Of a stretch of DNA of 45,486 nucleotides, positions 1 through 8,407 are shown in pieces. The notes under the pieces were generated by a model. The model was not told where the DNA came from. It did no database searches and worked only from the letters and a program-made list of their open reading frames with translations. Origin of the DNA: Terrimicrobiaceae bacterium (GTDB lineage: Bacteria > Verrucomicrobiota > Verrucomicrobiia > Chthoniobacterales > Terrimicrobiaceae); NCBI GenBank assembly GCA_041752695.1, contig JBGSVZ010000109.1, forward strand, positions 1 through 45,486. Direction: 5' to 3'. Positions within the stretch are counted from its first letter, which is position 1, and the number at the start of each line of letters is the position of its first letter. Position numbers and translations under genes: made by a program.

Positions 1-34
1 GCTGCCGATCGCGGCGGCGTTGCGGGAGATCTAA
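1..34 (+). CDS. 3' end of a gene entering from the left (…LPIAAALREI*), product unknown
   Basis: Open frame ending in TAA at 32-34 and converging on the Hsp70 gene; too short to identify. Confidence 0.3.
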   Translation, partial: LPIAAALREI

Positions 35-70
35 TTCAGCCCTTCATTCCCAGAACAAGATTCTGGCTGC

Positions 71-2725
71 CTAACGGATTTCCGACAGGCTTAGTCCCGG
101 TGGGGGGCTCTCGCCGAGGAGGCTGGTTTGGTCGGAGGTGACGATGGGGACGACGTCCTCAAGCACCCGCCGCCGGACGTCCGGGAGGCCCCAGGAGCGA
201 AGTTGGGCGTTGATCTCGTTGCGGGTCTGACGGGGCACATCCAGCGGACGGAGGCCGGTGAGTCGGGCGGTCCGCAGCCAGGCGGCGGCGGCTTCGGGGC
301 GGAGGGATTCGGGAACCTCCACGTCGCGAAGGGTGTCCCAGATTTCCACGACGAGATCGGGCGGGAGCACCTGGTCGGCACCACCGTGAAAAAGCACGCG
401 GGAGAGGAGCCGGCCGAGGGCTTTCCAGTAGGCCGGGTTTTGCGGTTGAATGGTGATGGCGGAGGCGAGGCGGGTGGCGCCTTCGCGACGGAGTTCGATG
501 GGCAAAGACTCGAAGGCGCCGGCAAGGAGGGCAATTTCCGCGGGGGGTGGGGTGGAGTCTTTCCACCCCGCGCGAGCGTCCGCCCACAAGGTTGCGGCTT
601 GCGTGGTGTCCAGGCCGGCGGCGATGCGCCGGGCGGCGATCCAGCGCTGGATTTTCACAGCACCGGACGGCCAGGTCGGTGGAGAAGTGAGGGTGCGGGT
701 GAGGCCGGCCACGCGGGTGTCGTCGCCGGGAACCCCACAGCCAGGGCGGAGGAGAAACCCGGCGACTTGCAACCAGGACTCTTCCTGCGCAGCGGTTTCG
801 GCACGGTGGGGCCATTGATCAAAAAGTTCGCGCACGATGCCGCCGGTCCACGATGTTTTGGCGAGGCCGAGGGCTTTTTCCCCGGCGGCGAAAATGGTGT
901 TGGCGGTAATCTTTTGACCGGACCGCTTCGGGACATCCAGGGCGGCGGACATGGCAAGGCCGGCGCGGGCCACGGCGTCGGTCTGACCCGGAAGGCGCAC
1001 GGAAAGAGGCGCGGCGGATGGTGTTGGAGTTTTGCGGAGGGAAAATTCCAGCGGCCAGGGGGTTTCCCACCGCAGTGAGGGGTCGGCGCAAAGGAGTTCG
1101 AGGCGGAGGAGTCCGGTGGAGCGCAGAGTCGTGCGGACTTTCACCTTCACGCTGGGACTTTTGGCAGGTTTTCCGCCAGGGGGAGGAACAAGGATGGTTT
1201 CGAGGGCGGGCACTTCGGCAAAGCCGTCGCCTGTGACCACCATGCCGGGCCGATCCTGCGGGCGTCGCGAGTGACGGGACAGGGTGAAGGTGGAGGGTTT
1301 GCCGACAAGGGCCTGGAGTCCGTCCACGCTGGCAAGGTGCGGGGATTCGGCAGACGCTCCGAGGGGAAGGACGCAAAGCTGCCGGGCGTCCCCGAGGCCG
1401 ATGTAATACGCATGGGCGGCTCCGGCTTCGATGCGGGAGGCGTCGCCGGCCGCGCGCAGATGCAGGAACCGGGCGGCTCCGCGGGCAACGGCGAGGTCGG
1501 GGTCCGCGTTGTCGAGGACCTGCGGCGGGCGGTCTGGCTGCCAGCGGGACAAGTTTTCCAAAATGCGCTCGCGAATGGCGGGAGCCTTGGTGATGCCGCC
1601 ATTGAAGAGGACAAAATCCACCGGAGGGCGGCCGCGCAGAAAGTCCGCCAGATGCCGGGTGATGGCGGGGTCTTTGGCATAGGGCAGGCCCATTTCGCGG
1701 AGTCCGGAGGCTGCCCGCAGCGGGATTTCGCCGGGCCCAACCGGCGGGAAAAACCCTTCCAGAATGAGACGTGAAATCTCGCGGGTGGAAATTTCTGCGC
1801 GCAATGTGCCCTTGAGCAGCGAGGCACCGGGACTGGCCACGGCCACAGGCCAGGAGCGGTCTTCGGCAGTGCCCAGTGCTTCCTCTTTGATGTCCCGGCA
1901 GCGTGCGACAAGCTGCGCGAAGGACCCGGCGGGGAGTTGCGAACCTGGGGCGAGTTGCGTTTCCAGATGATGGGCCAGGGCAAGGTCAAGGTTGTCGCCG
2001 CCGAGAAGCAGGTGTTCGCTCACGGCGATGCGGCTCAGCTTGGGCACGGGCTGGCCCGGCTTGATGGCAAAGAGGCTCAGGTCGGTCGTGCCACCGCCGA
2101 TGTCCACGACGAGAACGTGCGAGGCGCCGGAGGGCTTGAGCGCCGGAAGATTCGCATTTTCCATCCAGGCATAGAACGCGGCCTGAGGTTCCTCGATGAG
2201 AATGGTGCGGTCGGGAAACCCCGCGTCCCGCGCGGCTTCGAGGGTGAGTTGTTGGGCGGCGGGGTCGAACGAGGCCGGAACGGTGATGGCAATTTCCTGA
2301 GCGGCAAGGAGAGCATCGGGATGCGCGGCGTTCCAGGCATCCGCGAGAATTCTCAGGAGCAACGAGAGGGCACCAACGGGGCTAAGGCGGTCCTGCGCGG
2401 CGAGGTCCTGGGTGCCAAGGGGAAGGAAGGGCGAACGCCGGTCCGCCGCGTGATGGACCAGCCAGGATTTGGCGGAACTGACCACCCGGCCCGGCACTTC
2501 GCCCGCGCGGGTACGAGGCCAGCGTCCGGCGATCCATTGGGTCGAGCCCGGCGGCAGATAAAGAAACGACGGGAGAGTGGGAAACGCCGCGGTCGAGCCT
2601 TCGGAAACGGTCTGCGGAATTTCCAGGAGAGACGTCTCGCTGGCGTCAGCGGCCACCGCCGCGAGGGCGCAGTTCGTCGTCCCGAGGTCAATCCCGATGC
2701 GGAACCGGCTATTGCATGCGGACAT
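71..2725 (-). CDS. Atypical Hsp70-family protein with a long helical C-terminal extension (DUF3731-like)
   Basis: Hsp70 ATPase motifs GIDLGTTN, TVPASFD, EEPQAAFY, VDIGGGTTD, LLGGDNLD, FNGG and AVARGAA. C-terminal W…GFLLRPGCG..GD..R and LGRLLSR segments resemble DUF3731. Start set at ATG 2725, overlapping the upstream gene's stop. Confidence 0.85.
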   Translation of the reverse strand: MSACNSRFRIGIDLGTTNCALAAVAADASETSLLEIPQTVSEGSTAAFPTLPSFLYLPPGSTQWIAGRWPRTRAGEVPGRVVSSAKSWLVHHAADRRSPFLPLGTQDLAAQDRLSPVGALSLLLRILADAWNAAHPDALLAAQEIAITVPASFDPAAQQLTLEAARDAGFPDRTILIEEPQAAFYAWMENANLPALKPSGASHVLVVDIGGGTTDLSLFAIKPGQPVPKLSRIAVSEHLLLGGDNLDLALAHHLETQLAPGSQLPAGSFAQLVARCRDIKEEALGTAEDRSWPVAVASPGASLLKGTLRAEISTREISRLILEGFFPPVGPGEIPLRAASGLREMGLPYAKDPAITRHLADFLRGRPPVDFVLFNGGITKAPAIRERILENLSRWQPDRPPQVLDNADPDLAVARGAARFLHLRAAGDASRIEAGAAHAYYIGLGDARQLCVLPLGASAESPHLASVDGLQALVGKPSTFTLSRHSRRPQDRPGMVVTGDGFAEVPALETILVPPPGGKPAKSPSVKVKVRTTLRSTGLLRLELLCADPSLRWETPWPLEFSLRKTPTPSAAPLSVRLPGQTDAVARAGLAMSAALDVPKRSGQKITANTIFAAGEKALGLAKTSWTGGIVRELFDQWPHRAETAAQEESWLQVAGFLLRPGCGVPGDDTRVAGLTRTLTSPPTWPSGAVKIQRWIAARRIAAGLDTTQAATLWADARAGWKDSTPPPAEIALLAGAFESLPIELRREGATRLASAITIQPQNPAYWKALGRLLSRVLFHGGADQVLPPDLVVEIWDTLRDVEVPESLRPEAAAAWLRTARLTGLRPLDVPRQTRNEINAQLRSWGLPDVRRRVLEDVVPIVTSDQTSLLGESPPPGLSLSEIR

Positions 2726-4514
2726 GAAACTCCAGTTTCCAGCGGTCGCCGGAGGGCTCGTGGACAAAATACACTTCGAGGTTGCCGAGTTCGGTGACCT
2801 GGGTTTCCACCTTCACAGGGACTTCCTCGCCGGGCGCGTGACCGGGCGGGGGAGGGATGGCAATTTCCAGGCGGGCGCTTTCTTCGAGCACGGCGGCGTC
2901 GGGAAGGAGATCGCCCGGAAGGTCTCCGGCGCGAACTTCCGAATGGAAAAACCGGAATTCCGAAACCTCGCCGGTGTAGAGGAAAAACTCCTGTCCGCAG
3001 ACGGCGTGACGCGATCCTTCCTCCATCCCCTGCGGCGCCACGCAAAGCGCCTTGATGAGTGGTCGGCGTCCCGGGACGGCCATCGCCGCCGACTCCATGC
3101 CGATGTAATAGGAGCGAGCCGTGCCCGAGCGGATGCGCAAGCCCTGGCCGGTGGAACGCAGTCGGGCATAAACCGCCGCTCCCAGAGCGACAGCATGATC
3201 GGGCTGGGCACCTTCAAGAGCCCGCACGGGGTGGCCCGCCCAGCTTCCGAGCAAAGCCAGCACACGTTCGCGCAGCACCGGTGCGTTGAAAACCCCGCCG
3301 TTAAAAAGCACTACGTCGGGCACGAGCAGGGGGGAGCGGGCGAGGCGGTCGGTGCCACCCACGGCGGCGGTGAGGTGCGGCGATGACAGGGCGTTTTCTC
3401 GCGCCCGGGTGAGGAAACGCGCGAGGTGTTTGGAAATGGCGGCGTCTGCGGCATACGGCAGCCCGGCTTCGCGCAAGCCCCCCGCGCGGCGCACGGCAGG
3501 CATTTCGTCGGCAGCAATGATCGGAAAAAAACCGTCCAGCGCGATGGCATTGACTTCCTCGCGGGTAAGGACGCTGCGGAGGGTCGACGCGACAAGTTTC
3601 CGTCCGCGCGCGGGAATCGCCAGGGCACATTCGGCAAGGGAGGCATCCGCGAGGAGCGATTCCTTGGCGGCACGGACCGCTTGCACCAAGGCAAGGAACT
3701 GCCAGTCATCGACAGGGGTTCCCGCGGCGGCGAGTTTTTCCGCGACGCTGTGCGCGAGGGCGAGGTCCATGTTGTCCCCGCCAAGGAGGAGGTGTTCGCC
3801 GACCGCGACGCGCTCCAGAGCGAGTTCGCCCTCCTGACTGGTAACGGCAATGAGGCTGAAATCGGCCGTGCCGCCGCCGACATCGCAGACGAGAATGAGA
3901 TCCCCATCACGAACCTGTTTCCGCCAGTCGGACCCCTGATTTTCCAACCACGCGTAGAAGGCCGCCTGCGGTTCTTCAAGCAAAGTGACTTCGCCAAGTC
4001 CGGCCAATCGGGCCGCTTCGAGAGTAAGTCCGCGGGCCGCCTCGTCGAAGGACGCGGGTACGGTGACGACTGGGGGAGCGGACGAAATCCCGTGGGCCTT
4101 CACGTTGTCGATCAACTGGGTCAACAACTGACGGGAAACTTCCAGCGGCGACCACTTTTGAGCGATCGCGCTGCTGCCCCAGGGGAGAATCGGTCCGGTA
4201 CGATCCACCTGGGGGTGGCAGAGCCAGCTTTTGGCGGAAACGATGAGGCGATCAGGCTGGAGGGTGCCCCGGTCCCGGGCAAACGTGCCGAGCACCCAAG
4301 AGCGTGGGTCGGAGTGCCAGGGCAGGGCGGGAACTCCGCCGGGAAATTCTCCCTCGGAAGGCAGATAGACCGCGGAGGGAAAAAGCGGCTTTTCTCCGAT
4401 GCCATTTCCCGAGACCACCTGGGTAAGCGGAACAATCTCTGGTCCTGCCTCGCCGTGGATATGGGCGAGGGCGCAGTTGCTCGTCCCCAGATCGATGCCC
4501 AGATAAGTGTCCAT
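2709..4514 (-). CDS. Atypical Hsp70-family protein (601 aa)
   Basis: GIDLGTSN, TVPASFD, EEPQAAFY, CDVGGGTAD, LLGGDNMD and AVALGAA motifs. The C-terminus (ARSYYIG…WKLEFHVR) is unlike the DnaK substrate-binding domain. Confidence 0.88.
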   Translation of the reverse strand: MDTYLGIDLGTSNCALAHIHGEAGPEIVPLTQVVSGNGIGEKPLFPSAVYLPSEGEFPGGVPALPWHSDPRSWVLGTFARDRGTLQPDRLIVSAKSWLCHPQVDRTGPILPWGSSAIAQKWSPLEVSRQLLTQLIDNVKAHGISSAPPVVTVPASFDEAARGLTLEAARLAGLGEVTLLEEPQAAFYAWLENQGSDWRKQVRDGDLILVCDVGGGTADFSLIAVTSQEGELALERVAVGEHLLLGGDNMDLALAHSVAEKLAAAGTPVDDWQFLALVQAVRAAKESLLADASLAECALAIPARGRKLVASTLRSVLTREEVNAIALDGFFPIIAADEMPAVRRAGGLREAGLPYAADAAISKHLARFLTRARENALSSPHLTAAVGGTDRLARSPLLVPDVVLFNGGVFNAPVLRERVLALLGSWAGHPVRALEGAQPDHAVALGAAVYARLRSTGQGLRIRSGTARSYYIGMESAAMAVPGRRPLIKALCVAPQGMEEGSRHAVCGQEFFLYTGEVSEFRFFHSEVRAGDLPGDLLPDAAVLEESARLEIAIPPPPGHAPGEEVPVKVETQVTELGNLEVYFVHEPSGDRWKLEFHVRMQ

Positions 4515-4522
4515 GGATATAC

Positions 4523-5122
4523 TCAGCTCAATTCCACCTCGGCGGGCGCGACGACCGGCCAGGGGCGTTGTTCGGTCACTCCGGTGATACGAGGCAGTTT
4601 GACGGAATGAGCCGTCCAGCCGGGATGCAGAAGTTTTCCCGAGTAGGGAGGTTGGTCGGGCACCGAGCCGAGAAGGCGGTAGGCTGGCGCGTCGAAGCCT
4701 TTCTCCAGCACAATGCGGGCGTCTTCGGATTCCTCACGAATGGGGCGGATCTCAAAATATTCGGTGAGCACCTTGCGGCAGCCGGCATGCACAACGCGTG
4801 CAGCCGCGCCGAGTTCTTCATCGGTCGCGCCGGCGATGTCCTCGCGGACAAAATCAACGAGACGGCCGTTTTCCTGAAGGAGCGCAAGAAAGGCCACGAT
4901 CTCCGCTTCGGCGCGGGGCGGGAGCGGGGCGGGAGCCGGTGACGCGGGAGTTGGCGCAGCCAAAGGCTGGGAACTTCGCTGGTTTACCCCCAGCACCAGC
5001 AAGCCGCAAACCGCGGAAAAAATTTGCACCGCTGCTTTTCCCGTGGGGTCGGGACAAAACAGAATCCCGACGTTCAGGAACACCAGCAACCCACCGGCAG
5101 TGAGCAATACTTTCTTGGTCAT
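4523..5122 (-). CDS. DUF2760-family membrane-anchored protein
   Basis: Two N-terminal hydrophobic segments and a Pro-rich linker, then LALLQENGRLVDF, GAAARVVHAGC, GKLLHPGW and VAPAEVEL. First gene of the Hsp70 pair operon. Confidence 0.8.
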   Translation of the reverse strand: MTKKVLLTAGGLLVFLNVGILFCPDPTGKAAVQIFSAVCGLLVLGVNQRSSQPLAAPTPASPAPAPLPPRAEAEIVAFLALLQENGRLVDFVREDIAGATDEELGAAARVVHAGCRKVLTEYFEIRPIREESEDARIVLEKGFDAPAYRLLGSVPDQPPYSGKLLHPGWTAHSVKLPRITGVTEQRPWPVVAPAEVELS

Positions 5123-5219
5123 GGAAGGGAGTCTGCAAAACCGTCCGCGGATGGCAATGACGAGTTGCTGGGCGGGCGCTGCGAGGGAGTCCCGCCTTCA
5201 AGTTGTTCCCGAAGACACG

Positions 5220-5921
5220 CTAAAGCGTGGATTCCAACGTCTTCCTGGAAAACTGGTACGTGAGATAACATTCCCCGTCCCCCGGCTCCATCTTGACGAG
5301 ACGGGCGTGGAGGGTTTTGGGGAGGAAATCGCCCGGCAGGCCCGTCAGCGTTGGCGCGGCGGCACCACCGAAAACCACGGAAGCCCAGGTGAGACGAAGT
5401 TCGTCGATGGCACCAATTTCGAGCAGCGAGCGGAAAAGCGTCGGCCCGCCTTCGCAGACCAAAGTGCGGACCCCATAGTCGGTCCGCAGGATTTGCAGGG
5501 CCGCGGAGAGATCGACGGATTCCGCGTCAAAAAGCCAAAGGTCGACGAGGGGCGTAAGGTCGTCGCGAATTTTTTCCGGCATCCGGCGGGTGGAAAATAT
5601 CACTCGGGGTGCGCCACCTTTTTGAAAGACCTTGCCCTGGGAGTCGAGTTTGCCGCGGTTGGTCACGATGACGCGAAGCGGCTCCGGCGCTGCCCCGCGG
5701 CTCATTCGTTCCGCCCTGAGATCTTCGGCGGAAAGGCGCATGCTCATGGTGTCCGCGGACACCGTTCCGGCCCCGACGATCAAGGCATCGCCGAGCGCGC
5801 GGATTTCCTGAAGGCGGCGTTTGTCGGCGGGCTGGGTGAAACCGGTGGGCGTGTGATGCCGCGTGGAAACTTTGCCATCCGCCGTGAGGGCGAAGTTGGC
5901 GATCACACGCGGACGTTTCAT
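5220..5921 (-). CDS. RibD C-terminal-domain / dihydrofolate reductase-fold protein (pyrimidine reductase-like)
   Basis: ALTADGK, DALIVGAGTV..D, LVCEGGPTL and IDEL motifs; no deaminase domain. ATG overlaps the upstream stop (ATGA). Confidence 0.85.
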   Translation of the reverse strand: MKRPRVIANFALTADGKVSTRHHTPTGFTQPADKRRLQEIRALGDALIVGAGTVSADTMSMRLSAEDLRAERMSRGAAPEPLRVIVTNRGKLDSQGKVFQKGGAPRVIFSTRRMPEKIRDDLTPLVDLWLFDAESVDLSAALQILRTDYGVRTLVCEGGPTLFRSLLEIGAIDELRLTWASVVFGGAAAPTLTGLPGDFLPKTLHARLVKMEPGDGECYLTYQFSRKTLESTL

Positions 5922-6937
5922 GCCTGATTCTCGATGGAGTCCTCGACGGCATCGACTTCACTTTCCACCTCTTTGAGATGAATACCGCCGCTCGGACGAT
6001 AGACGAGGTAGATGCAGCCGCCGACCAGTGCCCAGAAGACGGTCATCATAAACCCGGTGATCGAAATCATCACCGCAACACTTTCCGTGGTGCCGAAGAG
6101 GGTGTTGAACAAATCGTAAAAAAGTTGCTCGCGGATACCCACGCCGGAGAGGCTGATGGGAAGGGCGGTGATCGTGTTGATGATGGGGAGAACGGAAAAA
6201 ATATCCAGTACGCCGGAGGGGCCGGTGAAGGCTCCGAAGGCGCGGGCGGCAAAATAGAAGGCGAGAAAATTCAGCAGATGAGCCGGAACGCTCAACGCGA
6301 ACGTCAGTCCCATCGTGCGCATGTCGCGGGTGTAGATGGAAAACGCTGTGGCAAATTCAATGATCTTGGCGTGGAGCGGCAGCCAGCGGGGGAGTTTGTG
6401 GGCCAGTTGGAAACGATCCACGATGAAGCCGACAAAAACGACGCCGACCATCACTCCCATGATCAGCGCGAGCGAGCCCATCAGGACAGGCTTGGCCATC
6501 AGTTCGTTAAAGCGCAGCGTGCAGAGCACGGCGGCAATGGCCACAAGGGCCAGGAGGCCCATCATGCGGTCCACCACCACGCTGAGAAATGCCGCGCTCT
6601 TTTTTGAGGCGGTTTCGCGCATGGCGTAGAAAATTTTCACCACATCGCCCCCGGTCGCTCCGAGCAGGAAGAGATTAAAAAACAGCCCGATGAGATAAAT
6701 GCGCAGAGTGCGCAGCCAGCCCAGGGAAATGCCCTGAACTTTCAGGAGCAGACGCCACCGTTCCGTCTGCAGCAGGCAGGCGATCCCCACGGAAATGACG
6801 CCGGGGAGGAGCCAGAGGTAATCAGCCGTTTGCAGGGCCTTCGCCATGTCCGCGCGGGTCTCCGGTTTGCGGAAAATCCACCACAGCAGAAAGATGGTGA
6901 TGGCGGCCTGAAGGATGGGAAGAAGAATGCGCTTCAT
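5918..6937 (-). CDS. Lysylphosphatidylglycerol-synthase TM region / UPF0104 flippase-like membrane protein
   Basis: Multiple TM segments with RWRLLL, IGLFFNLFL..TGGDVVK, DRMMGL and LPIS.SG.GIRE motifs. Start could be 6937 or 6955. Confidence 0.85.
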   Translation of the reverse strand: MKRILLPILQAAITIFLLWWIFRKPETRADMAKALQTADYLWLLPGVISVGIACLLQTERWRLLLKVQGISLGWLRTLRIYLIGLFFNLFLLGATGGDVVKIFYAMRETASKKSAAFLSVVVDRMMGLLALVAIAAVLCTLRFNELMAKPVLMGSLALIMGVMVGVVFVGFIVDRFQLAHKLPRWLPLHAKIIEFATAFSIYTRDMRTMGLTFALSVPAHLLNFLAFYFAARAFGAFTGPSGVLDIFSVLPIINTITALPISLSGVGIREQLFYDLFNTLFGTTESVAVMISITGFMMTVFWALVGGCIYLVYRPSGGIHLKEVESEVDAVEDSIENQA

Positions 6938-7084
6938 GAATGGGAAGACGCGCATTTATTCTGGAATTCCCGGAGTCGGCCAGAAGATTTGCCGCCCGAC
7001 GGTGCCGGAGGTCGGCTCGAAGGGCCGTGGCCGTCGCAGATCCGGGGTTGATTCCGGCTGGTTGGGAAAATAGTTTCCTTCGGC

Positions 7085-7489
7085 ATGTCCCAATCCGTCA
7101 TCCAGAAAATCCAGGAGATCCAGCGTAGGGCCGAGGAAGAGATCAAAGCCTTCCGCCGCCAGGCGGTGGCGGAGATCCTGGCGCGCATCACCTCTCTGAA
7201 AGAGGAGCTGCAGACCCTGGAAACGCAATACGCCGAACTGACCGGCAAGCCCATGGCTGTGGCTGAAGTGCCCGCGGGGAAGGTAACGCGCAAGCGTCTT
7301 TCCGCCGTCGAAAAGGCGGCTTTGGGAGAAAAACTGCGCGGCATCCTCGCCCGAAATCCCAGTGGGGTTTCGATGGGTGAGTTGGTGAAGGAAGCCGGGG
7401 AATCGGTCGGCGCCGTGCGCAAGGCCCTGGCCGGCCTGAAAACAAAAACCACCGGCACCAAGGCCACCACCCGCTACTTTCTGAAGTAA
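7085..7489 (+). CDS. Hypothetical protein: N-terminal coiled coil plus basic C-terminal winged-HTH-like domain (candidate nucleoid-associated protein)
   Basis: 134-aa ORF with a heptad-like N-terminus, linker, Lys/Arg-rich helical domain and terminal TTGTKATTRYFLK. TAGTTT lies 8 nt upstream of the ATG. Confidence 0.75.
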   Translation: MSQSVIQKIQEIQRRAEEEIKAFRRQAVAEILARITSLKEELQTLETQYAELTGKPMAVAEVPAGKVTRKRLSAVEKAALGEKLRGILARNPSGVSMGELVKEAGESVGAVRKALAGLKTKTTGTKATTRYFLK

Positions 7490-7495
7490 GGCAAG

Positions 7496-8407
7496 CTATC
7501 CGCCGAAAAGTTCCTTCCAGCGTGCCACCGCCGCAAGGATTTCCACGCGTGGCACACGGGGGTGGAGCTCGAAAACAAAAACCGCATTCTTCGCGATCTT
7601 CGGCACCAGGGCGGCGTAATCGATTTCCCCGGTGAACGGGGCGCGGTGATCCTCGAACGGCCACTTCACGTCATGCACGTGGCAGCCAATCGCGCGGACA
7701 CCGATCCGGTTGAGCCATTCCGCATGATCGAGCAGGGCCAGGTTGTGTTTGATCTGGGCGTGACCAAAATCGTGCCAGTAGCCGGCATTGGCGGCATCGA
7801 GGCGCTGGAGAAAATTCTCGAATTCCCGCTCTGACGGCACGGCCTCGTAATCCTCGCGGTTCTCCAGGCCAAGACGAATGCCTTTTTTCGAAGCATAGTC
7901 GGCGATTTCGGTCAGGCATTCGAGCGAGCGCTGGATATACAGTTCTCCGACCGCCTCGCGTTTTTTCACAGCTTCCACCTTGGCCTTGCCGTATTTTTTG
8001 CCGAGATACTGCCCCTGTCCGACAAGCTCAATGAGAGGCTCAGTGACCTTGAGCGTGCGGACGCGACCGGAGTGGATCACGACATTGCTGGCCTCGAAAC
8101 GTTCGGCCATGTCGATCGTCTGGAGGGTGAGGCGGACGGCGCGCTCGCGGTCGGCCGGACGGTGCGAAGTGAATTCGTAGCAGTCCGGCTGGTCCACGAG
8201 CACCTCGGGCGGGAGCGGGCAAAAATTGTGCAGACTGGAAACCTGGAAGCGGAACTTTTTGCGCGCCGCGAGGATTTCCTGAACAACGGGTGCCTTGAGG
8301 CCGTGGCCGAGTTCGAGGGTGGTGAAACCCAGATCGAGGATTTCGCGGACGATGTCCTCCCCGGACTTTTTGCGGCGCGCGTTCCAGCTGGTCGAGAACG
8401 AAAGCAT
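7496..8407 (-). CDS. Sugar phosphate isomerase/epimerase family (AP-endonuclease-2 TIM barrel)
   Basis: Metal-binding motifs SLHN, IHSG, GLENR, WHDFGHA, HVHD, H.APFTGEID and FELHP. Confidence 0.85.
   Translation of the reverse strand: MLSFSTSWNARRKKSGEDIVREILDLGFTTLELGHGLKAPVVQEILAARKKFRFQVSSLHNFCPLPPEVLVDQPDCYEFTSHRPADRERAVRLTLQTIDMAERFEASNVVIHSGRVRTLKVTEPLIELVGQGQYLGKKYGKAKVEAVKKREAVGELYIQRSLECLTEIADYASKKGIRLGLENREDYEAVPSEREFENFLQRLDAANAGYWHDFGHAQIKHNLALLDHAEWLNRIGVRAIGCHVHDVKWPFEDHRAPFTGEIDYAALVPKIAKNAVFVFELHPRVPRVEILAAVARWKELFGG

Noticed and set aside
2709..4514. Labelling the Hsp70 genes dnaK or hscA
   Set aside because: They lack the canonical linker and substrate-binding domain and the dnaJ/grpE or isc gene context.
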